A stretch of DNA of 51,688 bases from an uncultured Candidatus Saccharibacteria bacterium (GCA_964350935.1 CAYGLL010000007.1:1-51688), one strand, 5' to 3'. Shown: positions 34,121-42,615, counted from the stretch's first letter. The notes: generated by a model from the letters alone, not told the origin. Made by a program: numbers and translations.

Positions 34121-37100
34121 TTATTTGCCGTCAATTGTCCCTTCCCTACGCCTGAGGTCGACATCAAGCGCTAATCCGCGAAGTGTATTCAAGAGGACGT
34201 TAAACGAAGCCGGTACATTTGAGTGATCCAATCGCTCACCTTTGATGATCGCATCGAAGGTTTGTGAGCGACCGACAATATCGTCTGACTTTACCGTAAG
34301 CATTTCACGCAAAGTGTAAGCTGAGCCGTGACCCAAGAGTGCCCAGACTTCCATTTCTCCGAAGCGCTGTCCTCCGCCCTGAGCCTTTCCTCCCAACGGT
34401 TGCTGCGTGATGAGAGAGTACGGGCCAATAGAGCGCATGTGAATCTTATCTTCAACCATGTGGTGGAGTTTGAGGATGTACATGTAACCAACGGCAATGC
34501 GTTGATCGAAACCCTCACCATTGCGTCCATCGTAAAGCTGCATCTTACCATCAGGACTCATACCAGCTTTCACGAGCTCTTCCTTGATTTCAGTATCAGT
34601 TGCTCCGGTGAATGGCGGAACGATCGCTTGATAGTTCAAAGCATTTGCCGCATAGCCCAAGTGAAGTTCCAAAATCTGTCCGAGGTTCATACGTGATGGC
34701 ACACCTAAGGGTGTCAAAATAACATCAACCGGTCGGCCGTCGGGCATAAATGGCATATCTTCTTCAGGAAGAATGCGTGAGATAACACCTTTGTTTCCGT
34801 GACGTCCGGCGAGCTTGTCACCCACTGAAACACTGCGGAGTTGCGCGACCTCAATATGAATACGCTTGATGATTCCTGACTCAAGTTTGTCACCTTTTTC
34901 GCGAGAGAAAATTTTAACGCTGATCACGCGGCCGCGCTTTCCATTTTCCATGCGCTTCGACGTATCTTTAACATCACGCGCCTTCTCACCGAAAAGACTG
35001 CGGAGCAATCGCTCTTCGGGAGTAAGTTGCGACTCACCCTTCGGTGTAATTTTACCTACCAAAATATCACCCGGACGAACCTCCGCACCAACGCGGATAA
35101 CGCCGTCCTCGTCCAAGTTCTTAAGTTTTGCTTCACCAACATTTGGAATATCGTGAGTAGTGATTTCCGGACCGAGTTTGGTATCGCGGACGTTTACCAC
35201 AAACTCTTCAGCATGAATTGAGGTAAAGCGACTTTGTTTTACCACGCGCTCTGAAAGAATAATCGCGTCTTCGTAGTTTGAACCTGACCAGGTCATAAAA
35301 GCAACGAGCATGTTTTGACCGAGAGCCATTTGTCCGCGATCTGAAGTCGAGGTGTCAGCAAGAACATCACCTCTCTTAACTTTCTGATCGAGGTCAACAG
35401 AAGGTCGCTGATGGAATGCCGTAAAACCGTTCGTTCGGTTGAAGGTTACGAGTTTGTACTCGTGCTCTTTTCCTTTCGAATTTTTAACTCTGATTTTATT
35501 TGCATCAACGTACGTAACAACTCCGTCCTCTTCAGTAATAATGAGGCGGCCGCTATCGCGAGCACCGATTTCTTCGATTCCGGTTGCAACAAGCGGCGCC
35601 TGCGGAACGATACATGGCGTAGCCTGTTTCTGCATGTTTGATCCCATCAATGCGCGGTTAGCGTCATCGTGGTTCAGAAACGGGATCATCGAGGTGGCAA
35701 TTGAAAATGCCTGGTTCGTAGCAACATCGATGTAGTCAACTTTAGCCTTCGAAACGAGATCAGGCTTGCCGTTGTAGCGAACCTCAACTTCATCTTCAAT
35801 AATGTTGCCGTCCTTGTCGTACGGAGTAGCTGCGTGACCAATATTATAACTCTCTTCTTCAAGTGCATTTAAGTACTGAACCTCGCTCGTAATCTTGCCG
35901 TTTTTAACTTTAGCGTACGGAGTTTCAATCATACCGAACTCATTAATACGAGCGTAGATCGAAAGACGCAGAATGAGACCGATGTTCGGACCTTCTGGCG
36001 TGTGGATCGGACAGAGGCGGCCATAGTGTGACGGGTGAACGTCACGGACCTCAAAGCCTGCGCGCTCACGTGTGAGTCCGCCCGGGCCGAGGGCTGAGAG
36101 CGTGCGTAAGTGTTCAAGCTCAGCAAGAATATTTTCCTGCTGCATAAACTGTGATAACTGGTTAGTAGTGAAAAATTCTTTGATACGAGCCTGCAGCGGT
36201 TTTGGTGAAATAAACTGAACCGGCATGGTGACATCGCTCTCGATCGTCGACATACGGTCCTGAATATTGCGGCGCATCTGTGACATACCAACGCGAATCT
36301 TCTGCTGGAGAAGTTCTCCTACATAACGCACGCGGCGTGAACCCAAGTGGTCGATGTCGTCCTCGAGTGAGTCGGGGTTTGCATTCAACGCAACAATGTT
36401 CGAGATGATAAATGCAAGATCCTTGGTGTCGATGGTGCGGCGAGCCATCGCTTTGTCCTCAAGAGACAATCCGAAACGCTTGTTAAACTTAAATCGTCCC
36501 ACCTTTGAAATGTCGTAGCGCTCTTCACTAATGATTGTTTTGAAAAATTCACGAGCGTTGTCTGCCGTTGCAAGATCTCCATCGCGCAATCGTTTGTAGA
36601 TCTCGATAAATGCATCGCTTTGAGTTTTTGCGTGGTCTTTAGCGACGATTGCTTCAATAATAGCCTTAGCCTTAGGATCCTGGTCGAAAAGCTTGATGAT
36701 GTCCTGGTCTGTTTGTGCTCCCAATGCGCGCAGCAATGAGGTAACCGGGAACTTTCTCTTGCGGTCGATGCGCACGTAGATGACACCGTCCGCCTCGCTT
36801 TCGATCTCAATCCATGCACCGCGCGACGGAATGATCTTTCCGCCGAAGTAGCGCTGACCTTTGATTTCACCTGATGTGAAAAAGACACCGAACGAGCGCG
36901 CGAGCTGCGGAACAATAACGCGCTCGATACCACTGATGACGAAAGTTCCGTGATTGGTCATCAACGGAAAATCAGCAAGGAAAATTTCCTGCTCTTTGCT
37001 GGTGCCCAATGTCTTATTCTTAAGTTTGATGGTTACTTTAAGTGAGCCATCGTAGCCAAGCTTGTTGGCTTTGGCGAAATGCTCATCAAACTTTGGTTCT

Positions 37101-37297
37101 GAAAGTTTGAAACCGGTGAATTCTAGTTCAAACTTTTTCTCAGAGTAGTCTTTAATCGGAGAGAACTCCTTGAATACTTCCGCGAGACCTTCTTTAATGA
37201 GCCACTTGAACGAGTCGATCTGTGACTCAACCAGATTAGGTGCCGGCACCAACGGCTCCTTAAATCGGCTGAAGTACTTCTTTTGTAATTTGATCAT
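34121..37297 (-). CDS. rpoB: DNA-directed RNA polymerase subunit beta
   Basis: 1058 aa; GRHGNKGV and LGGKAQGGGQRFGEMEVWAL motifs. Confidence 0.92.
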   Translation of the reverse strand: MIKLQKKYFSRFKEPLVPAPNLVESQIDSFKWLIKEGLAEVFKEFSPIKDYSEKKFELEFTGFKLSEPKFDEHFAKANKLGYDGSLKVTIKLKNKTLGTSKEQEIFLADFPLMTNHGTFVISGIERVIVPQLARSFGVFFTSGEIKGQRYFGGKIIPSRGAWIEIESEADGVIYVRIDRKRKFPVTSLLRALGAQTDQDIIKLFDQDPKAKAIIEAIVAKDHAKTQSDAFIEIYKRLRDGDLATADNAREFFKTIISEERYDISKVGRFKFNKRFGLSLEDKAMARRTIDTKDLAFIISNIVALNANPDSLEDDIDHLGSRRVRYVGELLQQKIRVGMSQMRRNIQDRMSTIESDVTMPVQFISPKPLQARIKEFFTTNQLSQFMQQENILAELEHLRTLSALGPGGLTRERAGFEVRDVHPSHYGRLCPIHTPEGPNIGLILRLSIYARINEFGMIETPYAKVKNGKITSEVQYLNALEEESYNIGHAATPYDKDGNIIEDEVEVRYNGKPDLVSKAKVDYIDVATNQAFSIATSMIPFLNHDDANRALMGSNMQKQATPCIVPQAPLVATGIEEIGARDSGRLIITEEDGVVTYVDANKIRVKNSKGKEHEYKLVTFNRTNGFTAFHQRPSVDLDQKVKRGDVLADTSTSDRGQMALGQNMLVAFMTWSGSNYEDAIILSERVVKQSRFTSIHAEEFVVNVRDTKLGPEITTHDIPNVGEAKLKNLDEDGVIRVGAEVRPGDILVGKITPKGESQLTPEERLLRSLFGEKARDVKDTSKRMENGKRGRVISVKIFSREKGDKLESGIIKRIHIEVAQLRSVSVGDKLAGRHGNKGVISRILPEEDMPFMPDGRPVDVILTPLGVPSRMNLGQILELHLGYAANALNYQAIVPPFTGATDTEIKEELVKAGMSPDGKMQLYDGRNGEGFDQRIAVGYMYILKLHHMVEDKIHMRSIGPYSLITQQPLGGKAQGGGQRFGEMEVWALLGHGSAYTLREMLTVKSDDIVGRSQTFDAIIKGERLDHSNVPASFNVLLNTLRGLALDVDLRRREGTIDGK

Positions 37298-37626
37298 GCG
37301 CGCTACTTTTTAACCAACGTATTAAAAATAAGGCCCCTTCCTCCTCCACCACGCACTAGACACCAAAACAAAACGCCTTTTAGTAATCTAAAAGGTGTCG
37401 TATGTAACTTTCCTCTAACTATTTAAAGTGATTGTATCGCAAGATGGGATATACCCCTGCCTCATAATGTGACGCATCAGCCATTACACAATCTTGCATC
37501 GTTTAGATAAGTGTACTCGAATGTGGTGAGTTGTCAACAGTTTTTCTTGCCTTTTGAAAATATTTCCGATTCAAACTAAATAAAGGCCTCTATTTAAGGG
37601 TTTAACAGCCTATGCTGGAGACAAAG

Positions 37627-38274
37627 TTATCCCCGTTTCTTCATCTTCCATTCATCAATCTTGGCGCGATGCCCCGAAAGCAACACTTTCGGCACTCGAT
37701 ACTTTTTTTCTTTCCAGACAAACACTTCGGGTCGTGTATAGACCTCCGATGAAGAAACCCGCTCCTCTTCGCGTGAATCAAAATTTCCGAGCACTCCTTC
37801 AATCTGTCGTGCGACACAATCAATGACGGCCATCGCCGGCAACTCGCCGCCTGTCAAAACATAAGGACCGACTGAAAGCTCCTCAGCTTTAAAAATTTTT
37901 TTGACACGGGCATCGATCCCCTCATAGCGACCACATACTAAAATAATATGTTTGAATTTTTCTGCCATCTGCTTTGCATCATTTGTTTCAAACTGTTTTC
38001 CGCCGGGAGACAAAATAAAAATTCCTACTTTTTTATTTCGTGTTTTTTTCTTTGCAGCCTCAATCGCCCGTACGAACGACTCCGCCTCCAACACCATCCC
38101 CGGTCCTCCGCCATACGGCGGTCGGTCAACCCGACGATGTTTGTCTTTCGTAAATGCTCGCGGATTATAAAAAGTAACCTTAATTTTTTTATCTGTTATT
38201 GCGCGACTCAAAATCGACTCGCCTAAATACGAATCAAATGAAGCGGGAAACAATGTAATAATATGAAATTTCAT
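37627..38274 (-). CDS. trmD: tRNA (guanine37-N1)-methyltransferase
   Basis: YGGGPGMVL, CGRYEGIDARV and GGELPAM motifs. Confidence 0.9.
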   Translation of the reverse strand: MKFHIITLFPASFDSYLGESILSRAITDKKIKVTFYNPRAFTKDKHRRVDRPPYGGGPGMVLEAESFVRAIEAAKKKTRNKKVGIFILSPGGKQFETNDAKQMAEKFKHIILVCGRYEGIDARVKKIFKAEELSVGPYVLTGGELPAMAVIDCVARQIEGVLGNFDSREEERVSSSEVYTRPEVFVWKEKKYRVPKVLLSGHRAKIDEWKMKKRG

Positions 38275-38301
38275 TGACAGAAATAAATATTACTGTATTG
38301 T
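38274..38301 (+). promoter_or_regulatory. sigma-70-like promoter of an orphan plus-strand unit
   Basis: TTGACA GAAATAAATATTACTG TATTGT (N16), divergent from trmD. Confidence 0.5.
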
Positions 38302-38634
38302 CATATCGGTGTCAAAAAGATCCTTACGAGCAAATTCGCATCAGAAAAAACTTCTCGTGCTGAACGGACACTTCGTATTCGCATCTGCAACTGGTTTGAT
38401 AGGCTCTCTGACAGTGGTAGAAATATTTTTGGTGACTGGGCAACGTATGAAAATGCTCCGGCACTTCAAAACTTGGCTTTGAAGCAACTTCACAGGGGAC
38501 TCCGGAATGTCAGCATACGAAAACTTCGCGCCGCATTTCCCCACCTTCTGCAAAGTATTCGCTCTTCTGAAAGTGGCTGGCGAATCCTTGAATACATCGC
38601 GCCAGCATCCTAGTACTGTTAGCGTCCTTTAAAT

Positions 38635-38659
38635 CCCACCCTGATCGGTGGGGTTTTTT
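38635..38659 (+). terminator. intrinsic terminator of the orphan plus-strand unit
   Basis: CCCACC ctgatc GGTGGG followed by T6. Confidence 0.7.
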
Positions 38660-38663
38660 AATT

Positions 38664-38686
38664 AAAAACCTCAGCCGTAGCTGAGG
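38664..38686 (-). terminator. intrinsic terminator after GNAT 38712-39149
   Basis: CCTCAGC cgta GCTGAGG followed by T5 on the minus strand. Confidence 0.75.
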
Positions 38687-38711
38687 TTGTAACTATCTCC
38701 GAACACCTGTT

Positions 38712-39149
38712 TCATGATCTATCACACTGAAATCGATACACACCCGCCTTACGCCTCTTGAAACCAAGACGCCGGTACATTCGCTTCACCTCAATACGAG
38801 TCGACGTAGAAACAAGCTCAATCCGTTTGAAATCAGAGGACTGGGCAATCTTCAGAACAAACTCCATCAACTCCTCCTCAGTTTCACTTCCGCGAACATT
38901 GTTGTTAACCGCCAAATCCTCTATGAGACACACTCGTCCAGAGAGCTTTGTAATACGCACGAGGGTTGCCATTCCGACAATATAGCCGCGGTCATTTCGC
39001 ACAACAATGAGAGTATGAGCTTTCATTCCACGCTCAATGTCCTCTCTGAACACCGGTGCGTGACTCAACTGCATTGTTAAAAGTCGCAAACAACTTACAT
39101 CGTGCTCGGCAAGTGTTGGAGGGTTAAAAATCTCGTACTTTGCTTCCAC
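38712..39149 (-). CDS. GNAT-fold protein with degenerate acetyl-CoA loop
   Basis: Paralogous to 39294-39719, but the R-x-x-G-x-G loop reads VRGSETEE; GTG start behind AGGAAA. Confidence 0.55.
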   Translation of the reverse strand: MEAKYEIFNPPTLAEHDVSCLRLLTMQLSHAPVFREDIERGMKAHTLIVVRNDRGYIVGMATLVRITKLSGRVCLIEDLAVNNNVRGSETEEELMEFVLKIAQSSDFKRIELVSTSTRIEVKRMYRRLGFKRRKAGVYRFQCDRS

Positions 39150-39176
39150 AGGTTTCCTTTCTCTTTTCTATAGATG

Positions 39177-39204
39177 AGACTACATCTTCAATTTTATTTG
39201 TAAA
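39177..39204 (-). promoter_or_regulatory. cassette promoter 1 (GNAT 38712-39149)
   Basis: Minus sense TTTACA-N16-TAGTCT within the shared module TTTCTTTACAAA...TCTCA...AGAAAAGAGAAAGG. Confidence 0.55.
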
Positions 39205-39232
39205 GAAAAAAGCCGATCAGAAATAATCGGCT
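39205..39232 (-). terminator. intrinsic terminator after GNAT 39294-39719; its T-tract runs into the next -35 box
   Basis: AGCCGAT..ATCGGCT followed by TTTTTTCTTTACA on the minus strand. Confidence 0.7.
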
Positions 39233-39293
39233 TAAGAGTCTTCCGACTTCCGAAAATGAGTACTACCGCCTTTGCTCACATCGACTACACACT

Positions 39294-39719
39294 TCAAAAC
39301 GTAAGACGGTACACATTGGTATCCCGCTTCTTAAAACCAATACCCTCGTAGAGGCGCACTGCCGCACCATCGGTGGAACGAGTGGTAAGGTCAAGGAGTG
39401 ACATGCCGCTCTCTTTTGCATACCAGACCACTTTCTTCATGAGAATTTTTCCAATTCCCCTGCCGCGGTACTTTTTACACACACTAACATCCTGAACAGA
39501 GCCGTATTCCTTGCCCGCAAGAAAAATGGGTACCAACGTTGTTACGGCAATAATCCTTTCTCCTTCGTTCCTCACCACAAACATCTGATTGTGTGTTGCG
39601 GCAGCAACAACAGAATTGATAGTAATGATTCGCTTAGGTGAAAGCTCGAGCGTAGTTTTGATAATATCCTGTATGTCTAGCTCGATTAGCGGTTCTGCGT
39701 AGAAAAGTTCACATTCCAT
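39294..39719 (-). CDS. GNAT-family N-acetyltransferase
   Basis: 141 aa; motif A VCKKYRGRGIGKILM; C-terminal YEGIGFKK. Confidence 0.75.
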   Translation of the reverse strand: MECELFYAEPLIELDIQDIIKTTLELSPKRIITINSVVAAATHNQMFVVRNEGERIIAVTTLVPIFLAGKEYGSVQDVSVCKKYRGRGIGKILMKKVVWYAKESGMSLLDLTTRSTDGAAVRLYEGIGFKKRDTNVYRLTF

Positions 39720-39740
39720 AACATTCCCTTTCTACAAATG

Positions 39741-39768
39741 AGACTATCGAATTTTAATATTTTGTAAA
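39741..39768 (-). promoter_or_regulatory. cassette promoter 2 (GNAT 39294-39719)
   Basis: Minus sense TTTACA-N16-TAGTCT, same module. Confidence 0.55.
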
Positions 39769-39790
39769 GAAAAACCGCCCTCTTGGACGG
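39769..39790 (-). terminator. intrinsic terminator after ORF 39804-40034
   Basis: CCGTCC aaga GGGCGG (one G-U pair) followed by TTTTTCTTTACA on the minus strand. Confidence 0.6.
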
Positions 39791-39803
39791 CTTGACCCTG
39801 TTC

Positions 39804-40034
39804 TCACTCGGGAGCAAAGCAGGTCCCGTTTGTGCAGATTTGAACTGCTGGGTGATTGAGTGGAAACAAGTCAGTGTGGTCAAAGAGCACCAGAAGCAAT
39901 GTTCGAAAATGTTCGCGCCTTGTAGAGCTCATTCTCATGCCTTCAAGCGCGTCCCAGAAATCTTCGCTTTCAACTTTCGAAATGCAGTAAAGTCTGAACC
40001 AGGCGGTAAATGCATCAAAGGGGTCACGTATCAT
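39804..40034 (-). CDS. small hypothetical protein, 76 aa
   Basis: ATG 40034 lies behind the shared promoter-leader module (40060-40087) and AGAAAG; terminator 39769-39790. Confidence 0.4.
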   Translation of the reverse strand: MIRDPFDAFTAWFRLYCISKVESEDFWDALEGMRMSSTRREHFRTLLLVLFDHTDLFPLNHPAVQICTNGTCFAPE

Positions 40035-40059
40035 ACATTTCTTTCTTTTTTCTACTGTG

Positions 40060-40087
40060 AGAATACACCTTGGGTCTCTTTTGTAAA
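40060..40087 (-). promoter_or_regulatory. cassette promoter 3 (ORF 39804-40034)
   Basis: Minus sense TTTACA-N16-TATTCT, same module. Confidence 0.55.
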
Positions 40088-40112
40088 GAAAAAGCCGGCA
40101 GATTGTGCCAGC
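40088..40112 (-). terminator. intrinsic terminator after ORF 40121-40414
   Basis: GCTGGCA caatc TGCCGGC (one mismatch) followed by TTTTTCTTTACA on the minus strand. Confidence 0.6.
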
Positions 40113-40120
40113 TTCAAAAC

Positions 40121-40414
40121 TCACTTCTTTTCAGCTTTCCTTCTCATTCCCCTTAGAACAACAAACACAAAGTACAAAACAATGGCGGAGACGCACGCAA
40201 TGTTTATTTGACTCCTTGAGCGCCCGGTCCAGCTCGAAAGCCTATCACCAAAACTGCTGAAAGCCGCAAACGAGGTGAAGACCATAAGGAAAGTTGTAGT
40301 AAGCAGAACGCGGAAAAAGATCCTGCAACTGTTATCCGAACGTGGGTGGCCTCCGAACGAGAGTACGGAACTAACCACCACGACAAGGGTTAACGCGAGG
40401 GCGATATACAGCAT
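40121..40414 (-). CDS. small three-TM membrane protein, 97 aa
   Basis: ATG 40414 lies behind the shared promoter-leader module (40443-40470) and GAGAAAGG; terminator 40088-40112. Confidence 0.45.
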   Translation of the reverse strand: MLYIALALTLVVVVSSVLSFGGHPRSDNSCRIFFRVLLTTTFLMVFTSFAAFSSFGDRLSSWTGRSRSQINIACVSAIVLYFVFVVLRGMRRKAEKK

Positions 40415-40442
40415 AGTTGAGCCTTTCTCTTTTCTGATTCTG

Positions 40443-40470
40443 AGATTACAGCGTTTTAAAATTTTGTAAA
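40443..40470 (-). promoter_or_regulatory. cassette promoter 4 (ORF 40121-40414)
   Basis: Minus sense TTTACA-N16-TAATCT, same module. Confidence 0.55.
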
Positions 40471-40584
40471 GAAGTACAATAGCACAAATGCCGGCTCTCG
40501 CCGGCATTTGTTCCTTCTTTTCCTCCTCCAAAAGATTTAAGTATCCTTTGAACGAGTTAGCGAAGCGCTTTAGTGAAAAGATAC

Positions 40585-40899
40585 TTAAATCTTCAAATCA
40601 TCCATTGCTTCGTCGACAGTCTTTGCTCCTGACTTAGGTGGGGGACGTGTGCTGCCTTCCGGTTCATTGATTTTCAAATTAACGCGAGCGTTATTTTTCA
40701 TACCAACGACACGAAGAAGCGTACGGATAGCCTTTGCAGTATTACCCGTGCGGCCAATGATCTTACCCATATCAGCTGGGTTAACTGAAAGTGTAAGTAA
40801 TACTCCCATCTCATCGACGGTACGGTTGATTTTGACATCATCCGGAGCGTCTACCAATGACTTAACTAAAAATTCAAGAAACTGTGCATCTCGTTCCAT
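40585..40899 (-). CDS. KH-domain RNA-binding protein (YlqC/UPF0109-like)
   Basis: MGKIIGRTGNTAKAIRTLL KH GXXG loop; usual partner of rpsP in the rpsP operon. Confidence 0.8.
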   Translation of the reverse strand: MERDAQFLEFLVKSLVDAPDDVKINRTVDEMGVLLTLSVNPADMGKIIGRTGNTAKAIRTLLRVVGMKNNARVNLKINEPEGSTRPPPKSGAKTVDEAMDDLKI

Positions 40900-41081
40900 A
40901 TTCTGTTTAGGTTAGCTGTATAAATGTCCTGCGGCGACTCTCTTTCTATTTTCGACCTCTGTGCGAAATTATTGAACGCACGTAATCCCTCGTTGCCGCT
41001 CACCTAAGTATATATCACACAACACAAAAGGCAAACAAACAAAAACGCGGAGCCTTAGCTTCGCGTTTGAAAAACCCTGGG

Positions 41082-41591
41082 TCAATTATATCTTCCACCG
41101 CCTCCGCAGTTTCCTGCTTGATCCCCTTCAAACTCAAAAAATGGTGGGTGCTGCTTTTCTGGCTCTCTCATCTTCTGCTTGCCGGGTTCACCTGCTGGAT
41201 ACAATTTTCTGAGGTCAACTGGCGGCAAATCTTGTTGCGTTGGTGGAGGCTCACCGTTCGGACCTGATGCGCCATTGTCCATCCAAGACTGAAACTTTAA
41301 GTGCTGCAAATAATCTCCCGGGCTCGGATTACCGCCGCGGAAATCCTCCATCACGTGGTATTGCCCAATTTCGCGAACTGAAATCTTTACACCATTTGAA
41401 AGGGTAATCTCGTGACCGAAAATCTTTTCGAGAATGACTTTCACAAACCAGGTATTGTGCGTAAGCGTACGATGACGGAGATCTCCAAAAGTTTCGCCGC
41501 TTGAATCCATGAGCTCATGGATTTTAATGTAGTCGTCAGTTGTGCCACCCCAGCGGGCAACACTTTGCCGGGCATGCTCAATCGGTACCAT
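41082..41591 (-). CDS. hypothetical protein, 169 aa, with Pro/Gly-rich tail
   Basis: ATG behind AAAGGAA. The N-terminal ~105 aa look globular. There is a faint resemblance to a phage-associated DUF that I cannot verify. Confidence 0.5.
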   Translation of the reverse strand: MVPIEHARQSVARWGGTTDDYIKIHELMDSSGETFGDLRHRTLTHNTWFVKVILEKIFGHEITLSNGVKISVREIGQYHVMEDFRGGNPSPGDYLQHLKFQSWMDNGASGPNGEPPPTQQDLPPVDLRKLYPAGEPGKQKMREPEKQHPPFFEFEGDQAGNCGGGGRYN

Positions 41592-41643
41592 AGTGTTCCT
41601 TTACATTGGTTGTTAAGAACTGTTTAACGTATTTTTAACATAC

Positions 41644-41671
41644 AAAAACCCCCTTGAACAGGAGGTTTTTT
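41644..41671. terminator. weak bidirectional terminator after rpsP
   Basis: A5 + imperfect CCCCCTT..AGGAGG hairpin + T6. Confidence 0.45.
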
Positions 41672-41687
41672 AAAATTTAAAAGTTAG

Positions 41688-42059
41688 TTACGCGGCCGCT
41701 GCTGGAGCTGGTGGTGCTTCTGCTACAGGAGTTTCGGCTGGTTTTGCTGCTGCTTTTGGAGCCTCTTCCTTTGCTTTTGGTTTACGTTTTGGAAGTGCGT
41801 CCTGTTTCTTTCCTGTGAGCACTTTGCTATCGATCAAAAGATTGTGAGCTGTGATTGAAACTTGAGCACCTTTTGAAATCCAGTGCTTAATACGCTCGCC
41901 ATTGACGTGGTTATCCGGAGCTTTATCACCGCGAAAATCATGGTGGCCCAAGACCTCAAGAAAACGGCCGCTCTTAGTTGAGTTTTGTTTATCAGTTAAA
42001 ACAACCCGAAACGAAGGGTTGTTCTTACGGCCGACGCGCTGTAACCGAATCATTAACAT
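41688..42059 (-). CDS. rpsP: 30S ribosomal protein S16 with Ala/Pro/Lys-rich C-terminal tail
   Basis: MLMIRLQRVGRKNNPSFRVV N-terminus from ATG 42059; the track extension to 42176 overlaps the next gene. Confidence 0.85.
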   Translation of the reverse strand: MLMIRLQRVGRKNNPSFRVVLTDKQNSTKSGRFLEVLGHHDFRGDKAPDNHVNGERIKHWISKGAQVSITAHNLLIDSKVLTGKKQDALPKRKPKAKEEAPKAAAKPAETPVAEAPPAPAAAA

Positions 42060-42144
42060 GTGTTGTGAGATACTACCAAAGTGTGTCCCGAGCGTCAAAT
42101 TTAGAAAAACCGCCTGTAAAGACAGACGGTCTGAATAGTGGAAC

Positions 42145-42615
42145 CTACTGACGCCAAATTGAGAAACTCCCATCAAGGGTGTTTATGAGCATCGCCTCCC
42201 CTTGGGTTAGCTTTTCCTTGCGAATTTTCCTTCCCAACATTACATCGGCATAGTGGTTTGGAAGTGCAAAAGCCAATTCATCGTGCGTACATAAGACGAC
42301 AACATCGGCTTTACTCTCAAGCGACAGGAGTAGATCGCATATCTCTCTGAGAGCCCTCTCAAAATCAGTCCGATCGTCTGAGAAGAGAAAATCATGGAAC
42401 TCAACATCGATGAGACTTTGACCAACCAATTCAGCAAGAGGAGTGATGGTTCGCTCCGTTCTACCTTTCTTTGAGCTGTGGAAAGAAAACCGCTGTGTAG
42501 GCGCAAACTCGGACGCAAATTTTTCTTTGAGTTTTTCTACCTGTTTCAAACCGACCTCTGAAAGACGGTTTTCACCTTCCGGATTACAGTGTCGAATTAC
42601 TAAAAGTTGTTTCAT
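42145..42615 (-). CDS. histidine phosphatase superfamily protein (SixA/PGAM-like)
   Basis: N-terminal LLVIRHCNPEG resembles the RHG catalytic motif; ATG 42615 preferred over TTG 42624. Confidence 0.45.
   Translation of the reverse strand: MKQLLVIRHCNPEGENRLSEVGLKQVEKLKEKFASEFAPTQRFSFHSSKKGRTERTITPLAELVGQSLIDVEFHDFLFSDDRTDFERALREICDLLLSLESKADVVVLCTHDELAFALPNHYADVMLGRKIRKEKLTQGEAMLINTLDGSFSIWRQ

Noticed and set aside
38341-38553. 70-aa minus-strand track ORF between the GNAT gene and trmD
   Set aside because: It has a TTG start, no RBS and no promoter. It lies downstream of a minus-strand terminator and inside a plus-strand promoter-terminator unit, and its sequence is low-complexity-like.
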